A stretch of DNA of 64,000 nt from Candidatus Bathyarchaeota archaeon (GTDB lineage: Archaea; Thermoproteota; Bathyarchaeia; Bathyarchaeales; Bathycorpusculaceae), in assembly GCA_963782525.1 (NCBI GenBank), contig CAWAKC010000010.1, forward strand, positions 128,001 through 192,000. Reading direction: 5' to 3'. A program made the translations under genes and the position numbers. Below, piece by piece: positions 1-10,900 of this stretch. The notes below the pieces were generated by a model. That model had not been told where the DNA came from. It saw nothing but the letters and a program-made list of their open reading frames with translations, and made no database searches. The stretch's first letter is position 1. Every line of letters begins with the position of its first letter.

Positions 1-382
1 TTGTTAATACTAAGATTCCTATGACGAAGATTAGGACAAACTTGACTGAAAGGTTGTATTTCTTCGCGGTTTCGTAGCCAAGAGCAAACCAGAAGGGGTA
101 GAGCGTTAAGAACATCATTGCTATCCAAGCTGGAAACCCCGCTTTGGTGAAGCCAGTTAAACCCTGATCGAACATTATGTATGACCCCTTCAAGTCGACA
201 AGCCCCGGTATAATCCATCGATACCAATCCATATAGAGCGCTATTCCTCCAAACGTGAAACTCGTCAGAATAGCTGCTCCAAGTGCGTAAATCAATGACT
301 TTGCAAACTTGTAATTAGAGGAGATGATGTACAAAATAGCACCAAAGAAGAATAAGCCAAATGGATCAACAAAAAAACTCAT
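1..382 (-). CDS. Multi-pass membrane protein of unknown function (runs off the window start)
   Basis: Hand translation from ATG at 382: MSFFVDPFGLFFFGAILYII...LYMDWYRWIIPG...LYPFWFALGY..., open to base 1; GGTGG SD just upstream. Not in the ORF track. Confidence 0.75.
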   Translation of the reverse strand, partial: MSFFVDPFGLFFFGAILYIISSNYKFAKSLIYALGAAILTSFTFGGIALYMDWYRWIIPGLVDLKGSYIMFDQGLTGFTKAGFPAWIAMMFLTLYPFWFALGYETAKKYNLSVKFVLIFVIGILVLT

Positions 383-556
383 ACTAACCACCCAAGAGTT
401 GTTAAAAACAGCATTTATTTCACCTAAAAGAAGTCTATTCTATATTAAGAAATAACAAATATAAGTTTATCGCGAATCTGGATTCCCGGATCTTTCGATC
501 TACAGTTTTTTAAAACAGCAAATCTTTAGCAAAAATTTCCCATCACTCGACAAATC

Positions 557-720
557 AAAGTTACTGATTCTGCTGCAAACGAGTTTTGCACATCGCTGCT
601 ACATCTATCAAAACTAACATAACTTAAAGTTTTCAGCCTTCAAGGTTAATTGGTTTGAGCCAGTGGTGACCAGAGAAGTTGTTGTTGCAACTGCATTCTG
701 CAAACCGGTTGCAACAATCA
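557..720 (-). repeat. Two adjacent copies of dispersed repeat family A (diverged copy 557-610; conserved copy 674-720)
   Basis: Reverse complement of 674-720 matches 33704-33750 at 45/47 nt; 557-610 resembles 38981-39032 and 56444-56485. Confidence 0.8.
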
Positions 721-968
721 AACATTCCAAAACTTTGCTCAAAACAGGAACCAATACCCAAGAAAAATGCTGGATAAAATCTATCACAGGCCTAAAGCCA
801 AGAAAAACCAATCTCAAAATCTTAGTTCCCTTTCAAAAACATACAACTTTTGATTTCTACACAATGTAAAAAACCAAGTGGCATCCAATCTTGTGTTTCA
901 TTAACCATAAAGTTTAAGGGTAAATGTTTGTTTTAGGTTGCGAGTATTCTATCTTTGAGGTTTGTGGT

Positions 969-1523
969 TTGAGCACTACTAAAGTTGAAACAATTGAGGA
1001 AAGGAAAGCGGAAGTTCTAATCAAATTAAGAAAATACAAGCTTATTGAAAAAGAAAAATTTGAAGGCGCATACGCATACATCATTGACATCCCACAGGAT
1101 AAAGAGAAAGCAATCGTTTGGTGCATTTTGGGCGAAGCTACCGTAGGCATTGCAGCCATGAATACTCTCTACAAAGTTATGAAGGAAAAAGATCTTGACC
1201 GCGCTATCGTAGTTACTGAAGGACGTTATACCCATGCCGTTAAACTCGGTGCAAAGAAGAAAAAAGTGGAGCTTTTACCTAAATCGTTCCCAGTGTTCGA
1301 CATCTTTGAGCATGCCTTGGTTCCATTCCACGAAATCCTCACCGAAAAAGAAAAGAACCAATTGCTCGCACAATTTAAAGTTAAACCTTACCAGATGCCC
1401 CAGATAAAATCTGGTGACCCAGCCGTTAAAGCGATAGGTGCAAAACCAGGCGATATACTAAAAATCACCAGAAAAAGCACAACTGCAGGCGAACACATAA
1501 CATATAGGTACGTTGTAGAATAA
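969..1523 (+). CDS. rpoH: DNA-directed RNA polymerase subunit Rpo5/H with N-terminal RPB5-like extension
   Basis: C-terminal HALVPFHEIL...QMPQIKSGDPAVKAIGAKPGDILKITRKSTTAGEHITYRYVV is the Rpo5/RPB5 assembly-domain signature. Likely TTG start at 969 after GAGG (ORF open from 924). Confidence 0.93.
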   Translation: MSTTKVETIEERKAEVLIKLRKYKLIEKEKFEGAYAYIIDIPQDKEKAIVWCILGEATVGIAAMNTLYKVMKEKDLDRAIVVTEGRYTHAVKLGAKKKKVELLPKSFPVFDIFEHALVPFHEILTEKEKNQLLAQFKVKPYQMPQIKSGDPAVKAIGAKPGDILKITRKSTTAGEHITYRYVVE

Positions 1524-1537
1524 AATAAAAAAATTTT

Positions 1538-2095
1538 TTATTTTGCAATCATTATTTCTGTTGATTTCACGATTGCAGTTACTTCATCGCCGACTTTTAT
1601 GTCTAATTCTTCAATCGCTTCTTTAGTTATAACCGCGGTTACGGTTACGGGCATTTTAACTTCCACCTTCACTTTTCCCGTAATGACTCCTTTTTCTACA
1701 GCTACAACTTTTCCTTTAAACTGGTTACGAGCACTTAACTTCAAACCTTTCACCTCCAAACAACGTGGATCAGGCAAAACTTTATCCAAATAAATCTCCG
1801 CTTGCTTATACTCACCAAGCAAACTCTTGCCCAAATCAGTCAACTTTGCTCCGCCTCCACCAGATTTGCCGCCCTTGTAGGTTTCCACGATTTGTTCTTC
1901 CATGACATCTTGAATTTCGTGTATGTAGTTCCAAACGTAGCGGTAAGACATTCCCAACGTTTGTGCTGCTTTAGAAATCGAGTTATCCTTGTCGATGGTT
2001 TCGAGGATTTCAGCGCCACCTTTGCCAATTAGGGGTTTTCCTTTGTATTCAAGCCAGGCTTTGCATGAAAGTGTATGTTTTTTGTTGGCAAGCAT
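1538..2095 (-). CDS. modE: ModE-family molybdate/tungstate-responsive regulator (wHTH + TOBE)
   Basis: SISKAAQTLGMSYRYVW and GGKSGGGAKLT in the HTH region; LSARNQFKGKVV TOBE/Mop domain; downstream of tupABC. Confidence 0.9.
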   Translation of the reverse strand: MLANKKHTLSCKAWLEYKGKPLIGKGGAEILETIDKDNSISKAAQTLGMSYRYVWNYIHEIQDVMEEQIVETYKGGKSGGGGAKLTDLGKSLLGEYKQAEIYLDKVLPDPRCLEVKGLKLSARNQFKGKVVAVEKGVITGKVKVEVKMPVTVTAVITKEAIEELDIKVGDEVTAIVKSTEIMIAK

Positions 2096-2147
2096 TTCAT
2101 TAAATTATTAATATGATAGCCCATATAAAGATAATTTAAGCAGACAT

Positions 2148-2864
2148 TTAGAAATCTAGTTCACCGTTGATGAATTTTCGAGTAATCTCGCTTTTGGGGT
2201 TCTCAAAGAAATCCTCAGTTTTAGCTACTTCAACGATTTCGCCATTGTTGATATGAACTATTTCGTCAGCCATTCGTCTTGCTTGGTTGAGGTTATGAGT
2301 CGCCATCACAATAATTCTTCCACTGCGCTTTTGGTTAATTATTGCTTTCTCAATGATTACTGCACTGTTCGGATCCAAGTTTGCTGTGGGCTCATCCAAA
2401 AGCAAAACATTCGAATCAAGAAGAAAAGCCCGCGCTAATGCTACTCTTTGTTGCTCACCACCCGATAGTTTCCTTGCCCTTCTCTTCTCGAACCCTGAAA
2501 GCCTAACTGCTTTCAAGGCTTCAGGTACCTTTTTTGCAATCTCTTCTTGCGGAACTTTTCTGATTTTAAGACCGTATGCCAAGTTATCGAAGACGTTCAT
2601 GGTGAACATGGCGGTTTTCTGAAAAACCAAGGTTGAAACTTGACGCAATGCTTTAGCGTCTGCGTTTTGGTTGATGAAGCGGACTTGTCCGCTGTCAGGG
2701 TTCTCTAAGCCAGCTAAGATGCGCATGAGAGTGGTTTTGCCTGCTCCATTGACACCTAAAAGCACGATTATCTTGCCGCCGTCCATTTCCAACGATACTG
2801 AATTTAACGCTTTGATGCTTCGGTAGCACTTTTTAATCTCAGATAATTGAAGATGAACGCTCAC
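2148..2864 (-). CDS. tupC: Tungstate ABC transporter ATP-binding subunit
   Basis: Walker A GVNGAGKTT, LSGGEQQR signature, LLLDEPT Walker B; operon with tupAB. Confidence 0.88.
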   Translation of the reverse strand: MSVHLQLSEIKKCYRSIKALNSVSLEMDGGKIIVLLGVNGAGKTTLMRILAGLENPDSGQVRFINQNADAKALRQVSTLVFQKTAMFTMNVFDNLAYGLKIRKVPQEEIAKKVPEALKAVRLSGFEKRRARKLSGGEQQRVALARAFLLDSNVLLLDEPTANLDPNSAVIIEKAIINQKRSGRIIVMATHNLNQARRMADEIVHINNGEIVEVAKTEDFFENPKSEITRKFINGELDF

Positions 2865-2867
2865 TTC

Positions 2868-3623
2868 TTAACCCCCAAATAATCCTCTCCAAAAAACGAA
2901 TTTTCCAAGTTCTCCACGTTCATCTTTGATACGCTCGATTAGGCTTACGGTTAATGCTAGTGCGATTACGATTACCATAAGGATAATCCCGTAGGCTATT
3001 GCTAGACTGAAATCACCAAAATTTGTCCAAATTGCAATAGAAGTTGTCAGGACTCGTGTCTCGCCCAAGATGCTTCCACCTACAAGCGTTGCGATGCCGA
3101 GTTCTCCGAAACATCGATTGAATGAGGCTGTCAAGGAAAGAACAATAGACCAGATGGTTTCACGTATAAGAGTTAGGTTCGTTCTAAATCCTGATGCACC
3201 GAGAGTTCTTGCCAAGTCTCTAAGTTGAGTATCGGATGCACCAAGAGCGTTTGCGGTGAAACTCACTATTATTGGTGTGACAAGTATAGCTTCGCCGATT
3301 GCTATACCGTTGAGTGTGAAAAGCAGATTCAAAAAACCCAGTTCGCCTTGCCTAGAAAAAAGCAGAAACAAAAGTAAACCTAAAGCCACGGTTGGTATAC
3401 CTAGTAAAGCGTTAAAGATGCCTTTGATTAACCATTTTCCTCTAAAATTGTAAAGACCTAAGAGTACAGCCATCGGAATACTCCAAAGGCATGCAAGTAA
3501 GGTGCCTAATCCCGCAACGTAGATGGTTCGATAAACGGTTGCGTAGACTTCGGGGTCTCCGCTTGAGATTAATTTAATTGCTTCCTGAAGAGCTGGAACG
3601 ATTATATCGGCCATGCATATCAC
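2868..3623 (-). CDS. tupB: Tungstate ABC transporter permease
   Basis: Hydrophobic; LLGIPTVALGL, LARTLGA (EAA loop), ELGIATLVGG and TRVLTTSI motifs. Confidence 0.88.
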   Translation of the reverse strand: MICMADIIVPALQEAIKLISSGDPEVYATVYRTIYVAGLGTLLACLWSIPMAVLLGLYNFRGKWLIKGIFNALLGIPTVALGLLLFLLFSRQGELGFLNLLFTLNGIAIGEAILVTPIIVSFTANALGASDTQLRDLARTLGASGFRTNLTLIRETIWSIVLSLTASFNRCFGELGIATLVGGSILGETRVLTTSIAIWTNFGDFSLAIAYGIILMVIVIALALTVSLIERIKDERGELGKFVFWRGLFGG

Positions 3624-3661
3624 AAAGAAAATAGGGGGAATTTAATTTATCTTTTACTAAC

Positions 3662-5044
3662 TTAAACGCTGTATACTTTGCTGCTCGAAGATGTCACTGC
3701 CTGGGTCGGGACGATTTTTGGTTTGTCTGCTGTGTAATAGTTTGGTGTACTTATTGAGATGTTAAGGTTGAAGTTTGCTACCAAAGCGTCGTATGTTGCT
3801 GTGTAGAGGATGTCAGCGTTGTATCGGAATGTTGCGGGGCATTCGGTTCCGCTAGCGCTGATTTGGTTACTGGAATTGATGTAAGCGTAGCTTTTGATCC
3901 AGCCAAGTAAGGTATCGTTAGAGACTGCGCCGCTAACTAAGGGTACAAACGGCGTGAAGAGTGACTGATTGTAGGCTACTTTACCGTAGTTACTTATCAA
4001 TTGTTGACCTTCGTCGGAAACTAGATAATTGACGAATAGTAGTGAAGCGTTAAAGTTTGTATTTGACAAGGCTGTATTTCGGGGGTCATCGATTATTGCG
4101 CTGTAAACGTTAAGCAGGCTTTGTTGGGCTTGAATCTGGATCTTAAGTTGAATATCGCCTTTATTGTAATATGCTAGGTAAGTGCCTATGTCAGAAATTG
4201 AGTATCCGCCTATGTTGCCATAATAGTTCGCTGCTAGAAGGGTTGGTCCCATTCCTGAACCAGTGACTTTAAACCAGGATGTTTGAGCGGTTAGTTGAGT
4301 GTAGTTGAAACCTGCAGCAGTCCAAAGCAAAATTTCCTTTGTTGCCGTTCCTGAGGCATCATTTCTTGAGAACCAAAGCACATTACTAGAGTTTTGTCCA
4401 AAGTTGTAGATGTTTTGCAATGCTTGGCTAACATTTGTTAACCCGTTGATATGTGCGGGGTCGCTTGTTGGACCGATGATGACGAAAAAGTTGTACGCTA
4501 CGATTTTGCGGTCTACGCCGTATCCTCCAGTTAGGAAGGGCAGCTCCTGTGAAGGTGAATGAACCAGTATCATATCTGCGTCGCCTCTTTGTGCAGCTTG
4601 AATCGCTGGTCCGGTACCGTAATAGAGGAAGTTCACTGTTATCCAGGGATATTTAGCTTGGAAAGCATCTTTGAGGTCATCTCTCACTACAGTTCCGTTT
4701 GCGTAGATTTCAGGGACATCTTCTAGTCCTGTGTCCTTTAGGCTGGTGGTTGATGCAACTTTGAGAGTTACTGGACTAGGCGCTGGTGTGGGAGATGGAG
4801 AGGGCGAAGGTGATGCTGCAGGGCTTGGGGTTGGAGTTGGGGAAGCGGTTGGTCGTGGTGATGCTGTTGGGGTTGGAGAGAGTGTTACAGGTGGTGAAGG
4901 AGAGGGAGAGGGTGTTGGAGTAGGAGACGGTTTTGGTTGAGCGTTGTTTTGACCATAATTATAACCTGCGTAAATTCCTATTCCCGCTACAATTATGATT
5001 ATCAGTAAGATTGCAGCTATGGCTGTTGTTTTCATTTTTTTCAC
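3662..5044 (-). CDS. tupA: Tungstate-binding protein with N-terminal TM anchor and Pro/Ser/Thr-rich stalk
   Basis: [50 protein letters not shown] and YSISDIGTY are TupA-type motifs. Confidence 0.88.
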   Translation of the reverse strand: MKKMKTTAIAAILLIIIIVAGIGIYAGYNYGQNNAQPKPSPTPTPSPSPSPPVTLSPTPTASPRPTASPTPTPSPAASPSPSPSPTPAPSPVTLKVASTTSLKDTGLEDVPEIYANGTVVRDDLKDAFQAKYPWITVNFLYYGTGPAIQAAQRGDADMILVHSPSQELPFLTGGYGVDRKIVAYNFFVIIGPTSDPAHINGLTNVSQALQNIYNFGQNSSNVLWFSRNDASGTATKEILLWTAAGFNYTQLTAQTSWFKVTGSGMGPTLLAANYYGNIGGYSISDIGTYLAYYNKGDIQLKIQIQAQQSLLNVYSAIIDDPRNTALSNTNFNASLLFVNYLVSDEGQQLISNYGKVAYNQSLFTPFVPLVSGAVSNDTLLGWIKSYAYINSSNQISASGTECPATFRYNADILYTATYDALVANFNLNISISTPNYYTADKPKIVPTQAVTSSSSKVYSV

Positions 5045-5060
5045 TGTTTTCCAAGTGAGA

Positions 5061-5084
5061 CGTTATGCAAATATAAACATGTCG
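5061..5084. promoter_or_regulatory. Putative ModE operator upstream of tupA
   Basis: CGTTATG-N10-CATGTCG, a 24-bp imperfect dyad with the CG...CG span of the E. coli ModE box, 16 nt before the tupA start. Confidence 0.55.
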
Positions 5085-5129
5085 ACTAGGCAGTACTTGA
5101 AACTAACATAAAGCCAAACAAATCAACAA

Positions 5130-5354
5130 TTATTTTCTGTCTTGCGTTAACTCACTCAAAATAACCATTGCTTCACCCAAGGGCATTCCCAACCTCTGGG
5201 CAAGTTCAACTGCCGAAACATCCCCTTTCTCGGGCAAGATACAGTCGCGGATGTACGCCTTATGAGTTGGGTACATAACTGCAGCGTGAACAGCTTCGAC
5301 AAGCAACTGCCAGAGTCGCTCTTTAGTATATTCTTCCACGTTCATAGGCATCAA
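5130..5354 (-). CDS. Small hypothetical protein with HTH-like C-terminus
   Basis: 74-aa ORF; VSAVELAQRLGMPLGEAMVIL looks like an HTH. Confidence 0.6.
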   Translation of the reverse strand: MMPMNVEEYTKERLWQLLVEAVHAAVMYPTHKAYIRDCILPEKGDVSAVELAQRLGMPLGEAMVILSELTQDRK

Positions 5355-5453
5355 CCATTGATACGCTGATGAGGTTATTAGTCTACCGCAAGCAGATCAC
5401 AATAAAGTTAATACCCGCCAAGAACCATTAAATTGTTAGAGGATGACTTTTTT

Positions 5454-6434
5454 TTGAAAGCTGCAGTTTACCGTGGACCCCAAAACATCAAGATCGAAAA
5501 CGTCCCAGAACCCGAACTTAAACGCAGAAGGGTAATAGTGAAGTTTAGGGCGGGCAGCATTTGCGGAACTGACATGCATTTCTATCGAGGAGAATGGAAA
5601 TTAAAGAAAGGCAGAATCCTAGGACACGACGCATTTGGAGTAAGAGAAGACACCGGCGAAAGAGTTGTCATGGTTCCGGTTGTGAATTGTGGCCATTGCT
5701 ACTTCTGTCAACGAGGCTACCCTGCGCTCTGTCTCCACGCAAAACTTTACGGATTAACAAGAGACGGCTTTTTTGCCGAGTCTATAGCAATGATTCCAAG
5801 AAGCCTAATCCCAGTCCCTGAAAGTATTAGCGACGAAGAAGCTGCAATTATAGAACCGGTTGCTTTGGCACTTCGAGTCCTTAATCACTTACAACCTAAC
5901 TTGGGAGATTGGGTTACTGTGCTCGGGCAAGGACCCATTGGTTTGCTTATGACTCAAATTGCACTAATGAAGGGTTGCCGAGTCATAGCCGTAGATCTGG
6001 AGGACTATAGATTGGAACTCTCCGAAAAATATGGTGCAGACGCTGTAATTAACGCTAAAAACGAAGATGTCCCAAAAACTGTCCGCAAACTAACTAAGAT
6101 GGGCTCTGATTTCGTGATTGAAGCTGCAGGAACCACAAAGACGGTAGAGCAGACGCCGTTTTTGGTGCGGAAAGCTGGCAAAGTTGCTTTGGTAGGAGAA
6201 TCCGAGGGTTATTTGAACCTGGGGGAAGCTGATGAAGCCCAATTTTTCACGATTTATCTTTCACCCGTTGAGTATCCAACTGCGGTTGAGTTAATCGCTC
6301 GAAAACTGGTTGACGTAAAAGGTCTCATAACGCATAGGTTTGGACTGGATGAGTTTGAGAAGGCATTGCAAATCCTTGATAATCCAGCAAAAAAGCCGAT
6401 GAAAGTAATAATAACTAATAGTTTGCCCCAGTAA
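5454..6434 (+). CDS. Zn-dependent medium-chain dehydrogenase (threonine/sorbitol dehydrogenase-like)
   Basis: ICGTD, GHD (variant of GHE), structural Zn CGHCYFCQRGYPALC, Rossmann GQGPIG; ORF open from 5433. Confidence 0.9.
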   Translation: MKAAVYRGPQNIKIENVPEPELKRRRVIVKFRAGSICGTDMHFYRGEWKLKKGRILGHDAFGVREDTGERVVMVPVVNCGHCYFCQRGYPALCLHAKLYGLTRDGFFAESIAMIPRSLIPVPESISDEEAAIIEPVALALRVLNHLQPNLGDWVTVLGQGPIGLLMTQIALMKGCRVIAVDLEDYRLELSEKYGADAVINAKNEDVPKTVRKLTKMGSDFVIEAAGTTKTVEQTPFLVRKAGKVALVGESEGYLNLGEADEAQFFTIYLSPVEYPTAVELIARKLVDVKGLITHRFGLDEFEKALQILDNPAKKPMKVIITNSLPQ

Positions 6435-6533
6435 AGCTCATTATACCTTTTCATAGGGCATCTGCAATCAAATCTATGACCTCAGGAAAAATGCTCTTCG
6501 ATTGTATTCTTCACATTGAATATTTCTTGAAAA

Positions 6534-6749
6534 TTACTCTTTATCACGCTTCATAACAATGAGACCTAAAACTATGAACCCAAAAGCAACTGCATAAAGA
6601 AGACCTATGACGAAAACTTTCAGAACGCCGAACCAGTTAAATTGATTTGTAATACATGCTGAAAAGATTAATGCAATTATTGTCAAAATAATCGCTGGCA
6701 CTATGGCAACTATTCCGAAAGCAATTAAGAACAGTGAAACTTTGCCCAT
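6534..6749 (-). CDS. Small two-TM membrane protein
   Basis: 71 aa, two hydrophobic segments, charged C-terminus. Confidence 0.6.
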   Translation of the reverse strand: MGKVSLFLIAFGIVAIVPAIILTIIALIFSACITNQFNWFGVLKVFVIGLLYAVAFGFIVLGLIVMKRDKE

Positions 6750-7202
6750 GAAAATGATAGTTTTTGAAATGATTTAAGCTTTTACGAGAAAGACACATTG
6801 AGCTGAATTTTCCAGAAATCAATAGATTTTTCAAGTGTCTCTTAACTTGAAATGTCATCCTCAATACTCGAGGACTATTGCAGTTTAGTCTCTGACAGCC
6901 CTTTCACTTAAATAATCTGTTGCTTCAGCAGCGTTGTATATCAATTTGTATAAACAAATTATATAAACAAAACTACCTACTACCATTACTGGTCTCTCAC
7001 ATTTGAATTTATACAAGTTGAAATCCCTCCCATTATTACAGGAAAACTAGCACAGAGCCCAGACAGTAATAGTATTAGACAATGAAAGCATCGATTTTCA
7101 GCATAGACTATTTCATAAATAGATTTGCTAAAAGATTTTTAGCCCTGTTGGCTTAACCGTAAAGTATATTTCTTTTAGAGAATTGTTAACCCCCAAACCC
7201 AG

Positions 7203-7904
7203 ATGGAAACGGAGATAACGGTTTTGGCTATAGAAGCAGTAATATTCGATTTAGATGGAACACTTGCCCACTTTAACTTAGACTTCAAAGCGCTGCGTTC
7301 TGAAGTCAGAACCTACCTAATCAGCATACGTGTCCCCGTTTCTGTTCTCGACGTTAATGAAAGCATATTTGAAATGCTAAAAAAAGCCGAGATTTTCATA
7401 AAAAACAGCTCCAAATCACCCGACGCTTTCCACGAAGTACGCACCCGAGCGCTGGCAATCGCGGAGAAATATGAGATGGAAGCCGCCACAACCACAAGCC
7501 TGCTAACCGGAGCAGTTGAAACCCTCAAAGAACTACAAAAAATGAACATAAAAATGGGTTTATGCACAACCAGCAGCGAAAAAGCCTCAAGCTATATTCT
7601 GCAGCGCTTCAAAATTGACGTTTTCTTCAAAGTGGTTGTTTCCAGAGAAAAAGTGAAGTATGTTAAGCCACACACCGAACAGTTTGAGTTGGCGCTTAAA
7701 GCCTTAGGTCTTCATGCTAAATCCGCATTAATTGTGGGCGACAGTGTGGTTGATATGGAGAGTGCCAAAGAAATAAAAGTCATCGCTGTCGGGTTAACAA
7801 CGGGTTTATCCACGACCGAGCAGTTGATGAGTAACGGCGCAAACTATATCGTAACGTCACTGACTGATTTGCCTGTTTTGATAAAAGAAATAAATAAGGA
7901 TTAA
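7203..7904 (+). CDS. HAD-superfamily hydrolase (phosphoglycolate phosphatase-like)
   Basis: IFDLDGTL motif I, CTTS motif II, KP and VGDSVVD motifs III/IV. Confidence 0.9.
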   Translation: METEITVLAIEAVIFDLDGTLAHFNLDFKALRSEVRTYLISIRVPVSVLDVNESIFEMLKKAEIFIKNSSKSPDAFHEVRTRALAIAEKYEMEAATTTSLLTGAVETLKELQKMNIKMGLCTTSSEKASSYILQRFKIDVFFKVVVSREKVKYVKPHTEQFELALKALGLHAKSALIVGDSVVDMESAKEIKVIAVGLTTGLSTTEQLMSNGANYIVTSLTDLPVLIKEINKD

Positions 7905-10900
7905 ACGGCTGTTACGACGCCGTCGTCTTTGCAAACGAGTTTTCTCTCCCGCACCAACCGCTTGAGCACTTCAGAGAACACTGCTTTTGCTTCGTCGCCT
8001 GAATGATTTAAGCCGAAAACCTTGCCAGTTTCAGTGATTAATGAATCTTCACTTATGCCAAGTGCGTACTGCGCTACCCTCGTCATTGCAGATTCTACTT
8101 CTTCGGGTGCAATGTAACTGGGTTTGCGTTTGGATTCTGGAACACCCTGCATCGGAACACGGATAGGCGTCTGTTTTAGTCCAGTTGGCCACAGAAAACT
8201 ACCCCTGATGACAACTTTCTGCTCGCGGATGAGGTTGTTTAGGGCTTCTTTTACGGCATGCGAGATTTTTGGTGTTACCTGCTTTATGCTCCATGACGCC
8301 GCTAACCGTTCAGCCGCGTAGTCAAAGTGGACTGGACCTTCGTTTTGGATTAGTTCAGTTAGAAGTTTGGTTTGGTTTTCTCGGTTTTCTGGGAAATGGA
8401 ATTCGTTTCTTTGTTTGGAATCCATCGTACTTTTGGCGGTGGCAACTTTGATGTAAGGGTTGTATGATGCTTTTAGAGGGTAAACTTTGTAGGGGACACC
8501 AATTTTTTCGATTCCTGCAAATGAGTTTTTTTGCACATCTGTTTTTGGGGCTGCGCCTTCTATGAGGTCAATTATGGGTTTTTGAGCTTCTTTATCAAGT
8601 TGCGTTTTCTGAGCTTGTTCGAGTGTTTCCTTTAGTCTACGGATTTCTGAGTCGCGTCTTGCAACCCAGGCGGGCGACCAGACACGGTACATGCGCCAGC
8701 CAAGCTGCCTAAGGACCTGCTCGCGGAGTCGGTCTCGGTCACGGGTGCTGCTGCTTGATTTGTATGTCGCGCCATCGCATTCCACGCCAAGCAAGAAACA
8801 GCCCTCGTTAACAGGGTCAAGAACTCCAATGTCGATTCTGTAACCGCTGCAGCCTACTTCTGGAACAACCTCGTAACCCATCTTCTTTATCTCTGCTGCT
8901 ACGTCTTCATCTATAGCTGAGTCAAATGTACCTTCTTTGGATTTGGAAGATTGAGTTTCAGGTCCATGCTCGGCATAGTCAAGGTAGGTTCGTAGTGTTT
9001 GTACTCCAAGTGCTTGAGTGTCTTTATCGATGTCAGAGGCTTTAATCGAAGTTATCAAAACGACTTTTTCTCGTGCTCGAGTAATAGCAACGTTCAAGCG
9101 TCGTTCCCCACCTGGCTTGTTCAATGGACCAAAGTTCATTGCCATCTGTCCCTGCTGGTCAAAGCCGTATCCTATGCTGAAGAATATGACATCACGTTCG
9201 TCTCCCTGCACGTTCTCAAGGTTCTTCACGAAAAAGCCTTCTAAACGGTCTTCTTTGAAGAAGGGTTCGAAGTCAGGTTGTTCATTGAGTTTATTTTCAA
9301 TCGCTTCTTCCACTGCGTTCATTTGGGCTATGCTGAATGTGACGACGCCGAGTGTTTTTTTGGGATAGTTTTTGAAGTGTTCGAAGACGAGTCCTGCGAC
9401 TTTTTCGGCTTCTTTGGGATTGTCTCGCTTGCCTCCGCGGTCATAGATGCCGTCGGGTACGTGGACGAGTTTTACGCCCAAGCTGTCTGTTTGGTTCTGG
9501 GCTGATGGGAACGTTATCATGGTGTCGTCGTAGAAGCGGTGGTTTGAGAACGCGATGAGTTCTTCATGCTTACTGCGATAATGCCACCGAAGAGTCTTAA
9601 CAGGTAAGCCGATGCCGAGGCATTCGTCGAGGATGCTGTCGAAGACTTCCACGTCATCATCACTGAGTTCATCCCAGTCTACATTGTCAAGTAGGCTTTT
9701 CTGGAAGAACGAAGTCGGGGGCAACTGTTTGTTGTCGCCTGCAACCACGACGGTTTTTCCACGGTAGATGGCGCCTATGGCGTCTTCGGGAACGAGCTGT
9801 GAGGCTTCGTCGAAGAGAACTAAGTCGAATTTGTTATCTGGCGGAAGGAATTGGCTGACCGATATGGGACTCATCAAGAGGCATGGTTTGAGTTTTACGA
9901 GTAGGTTGGGGATTTTCTGCATTAGGGTGCGGATCGGCATTAAGCGGCGTTTTTTGGCGGCTTCTTTGAGGAGGATGTTGGCTTCGGAGTCGGCTGCTTG
10001 GATCAGGATGTCTTGGGGTTTTCGGCTGTTTGCCTCTTCAATAACCATGCTGGAGGTAAGGTGGATTATGTCTTGGTCGAGTTTTCGGAAGTCAGCAATC
10101 AACTGCTCATGGTTCTCCCTTCGGAACTTACCCAGCTTTTGGTCTTCGTTATAGAGGTTGTTTATCCATTCTTGGTAAACGCTCTTGCGGAAAACATTGC
10201 CCAAGTCAGCTGCAGAAATGCGTTGTTCCACCAAACGGCCAAAGAACTGGTCTAAATTGCGAAGTGCAAAGCGGTTTTTGGCGTCTTTATAGTCAATCCA
10301 AACCTGCACATCGTCCACACGGTCGCGGAGTGCTTGGATTCGTTCGCTTATAACTTTGATTTCTAAAGCTTTTAGCGGCTGGTTTTGATATTTCATTTCA
10401 GTTTCGAACCGTTTGTTAAAATCTGCCAAAACCCTCAGTGAACTGTCTCTTCTCTGGATCAGCTCCGTGTTGGATGGAGCCGCACTTGGTCCCTGAGCAG
10501 CGAGGTCAGCAAAAGCCTGCGGCACAGGAATATCGATGAATGCTGCCTGTACCTTTTTACACCACTCAAGCACAAACACGATTTCTTGCCAGTTTGTTTC
10601 CAGTTCTTGAAAGCGGATTCCGAATTTTTCTTTTAGCTGGACTTTTTCGCCGACGATTTGAGCTTCCTTTTTGCGAATGTCTTCGGAATTTTTAAGGTCT
10701 TGAATTAATTGCCTATAGGTTTGGGGTTCCTGCCTGGCTGTAGTCAGTGTATCTTTGGTAAGCGCGATTAGTGGATTGAGCTTTTTTTCTGTTTCTGCTG
10801 CCCAATCCTCAAGAACTAGCAGCGATGTCTGAGATATAAGTGCATCCGATTTGGGCATTTTTTGCGGAATGAAAGATTCAACTTCTTTGACTTGCTGCTC

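Noticed and set aside
4770-4935. Low-complexity repeats in tupA (also 22160-22270 in the peptidase) and their G/V-rich antisense ORFs
   Set aside because: These are ordinary Pro/Thr/Ser surface-protein linkers; the antisense ORFs are shadows.
5620-5635. GHD instead of GHE in the Zn-dehydrogenase
   Set aside because: A conservative change with all other motifs intact; not enough to claim a new function.
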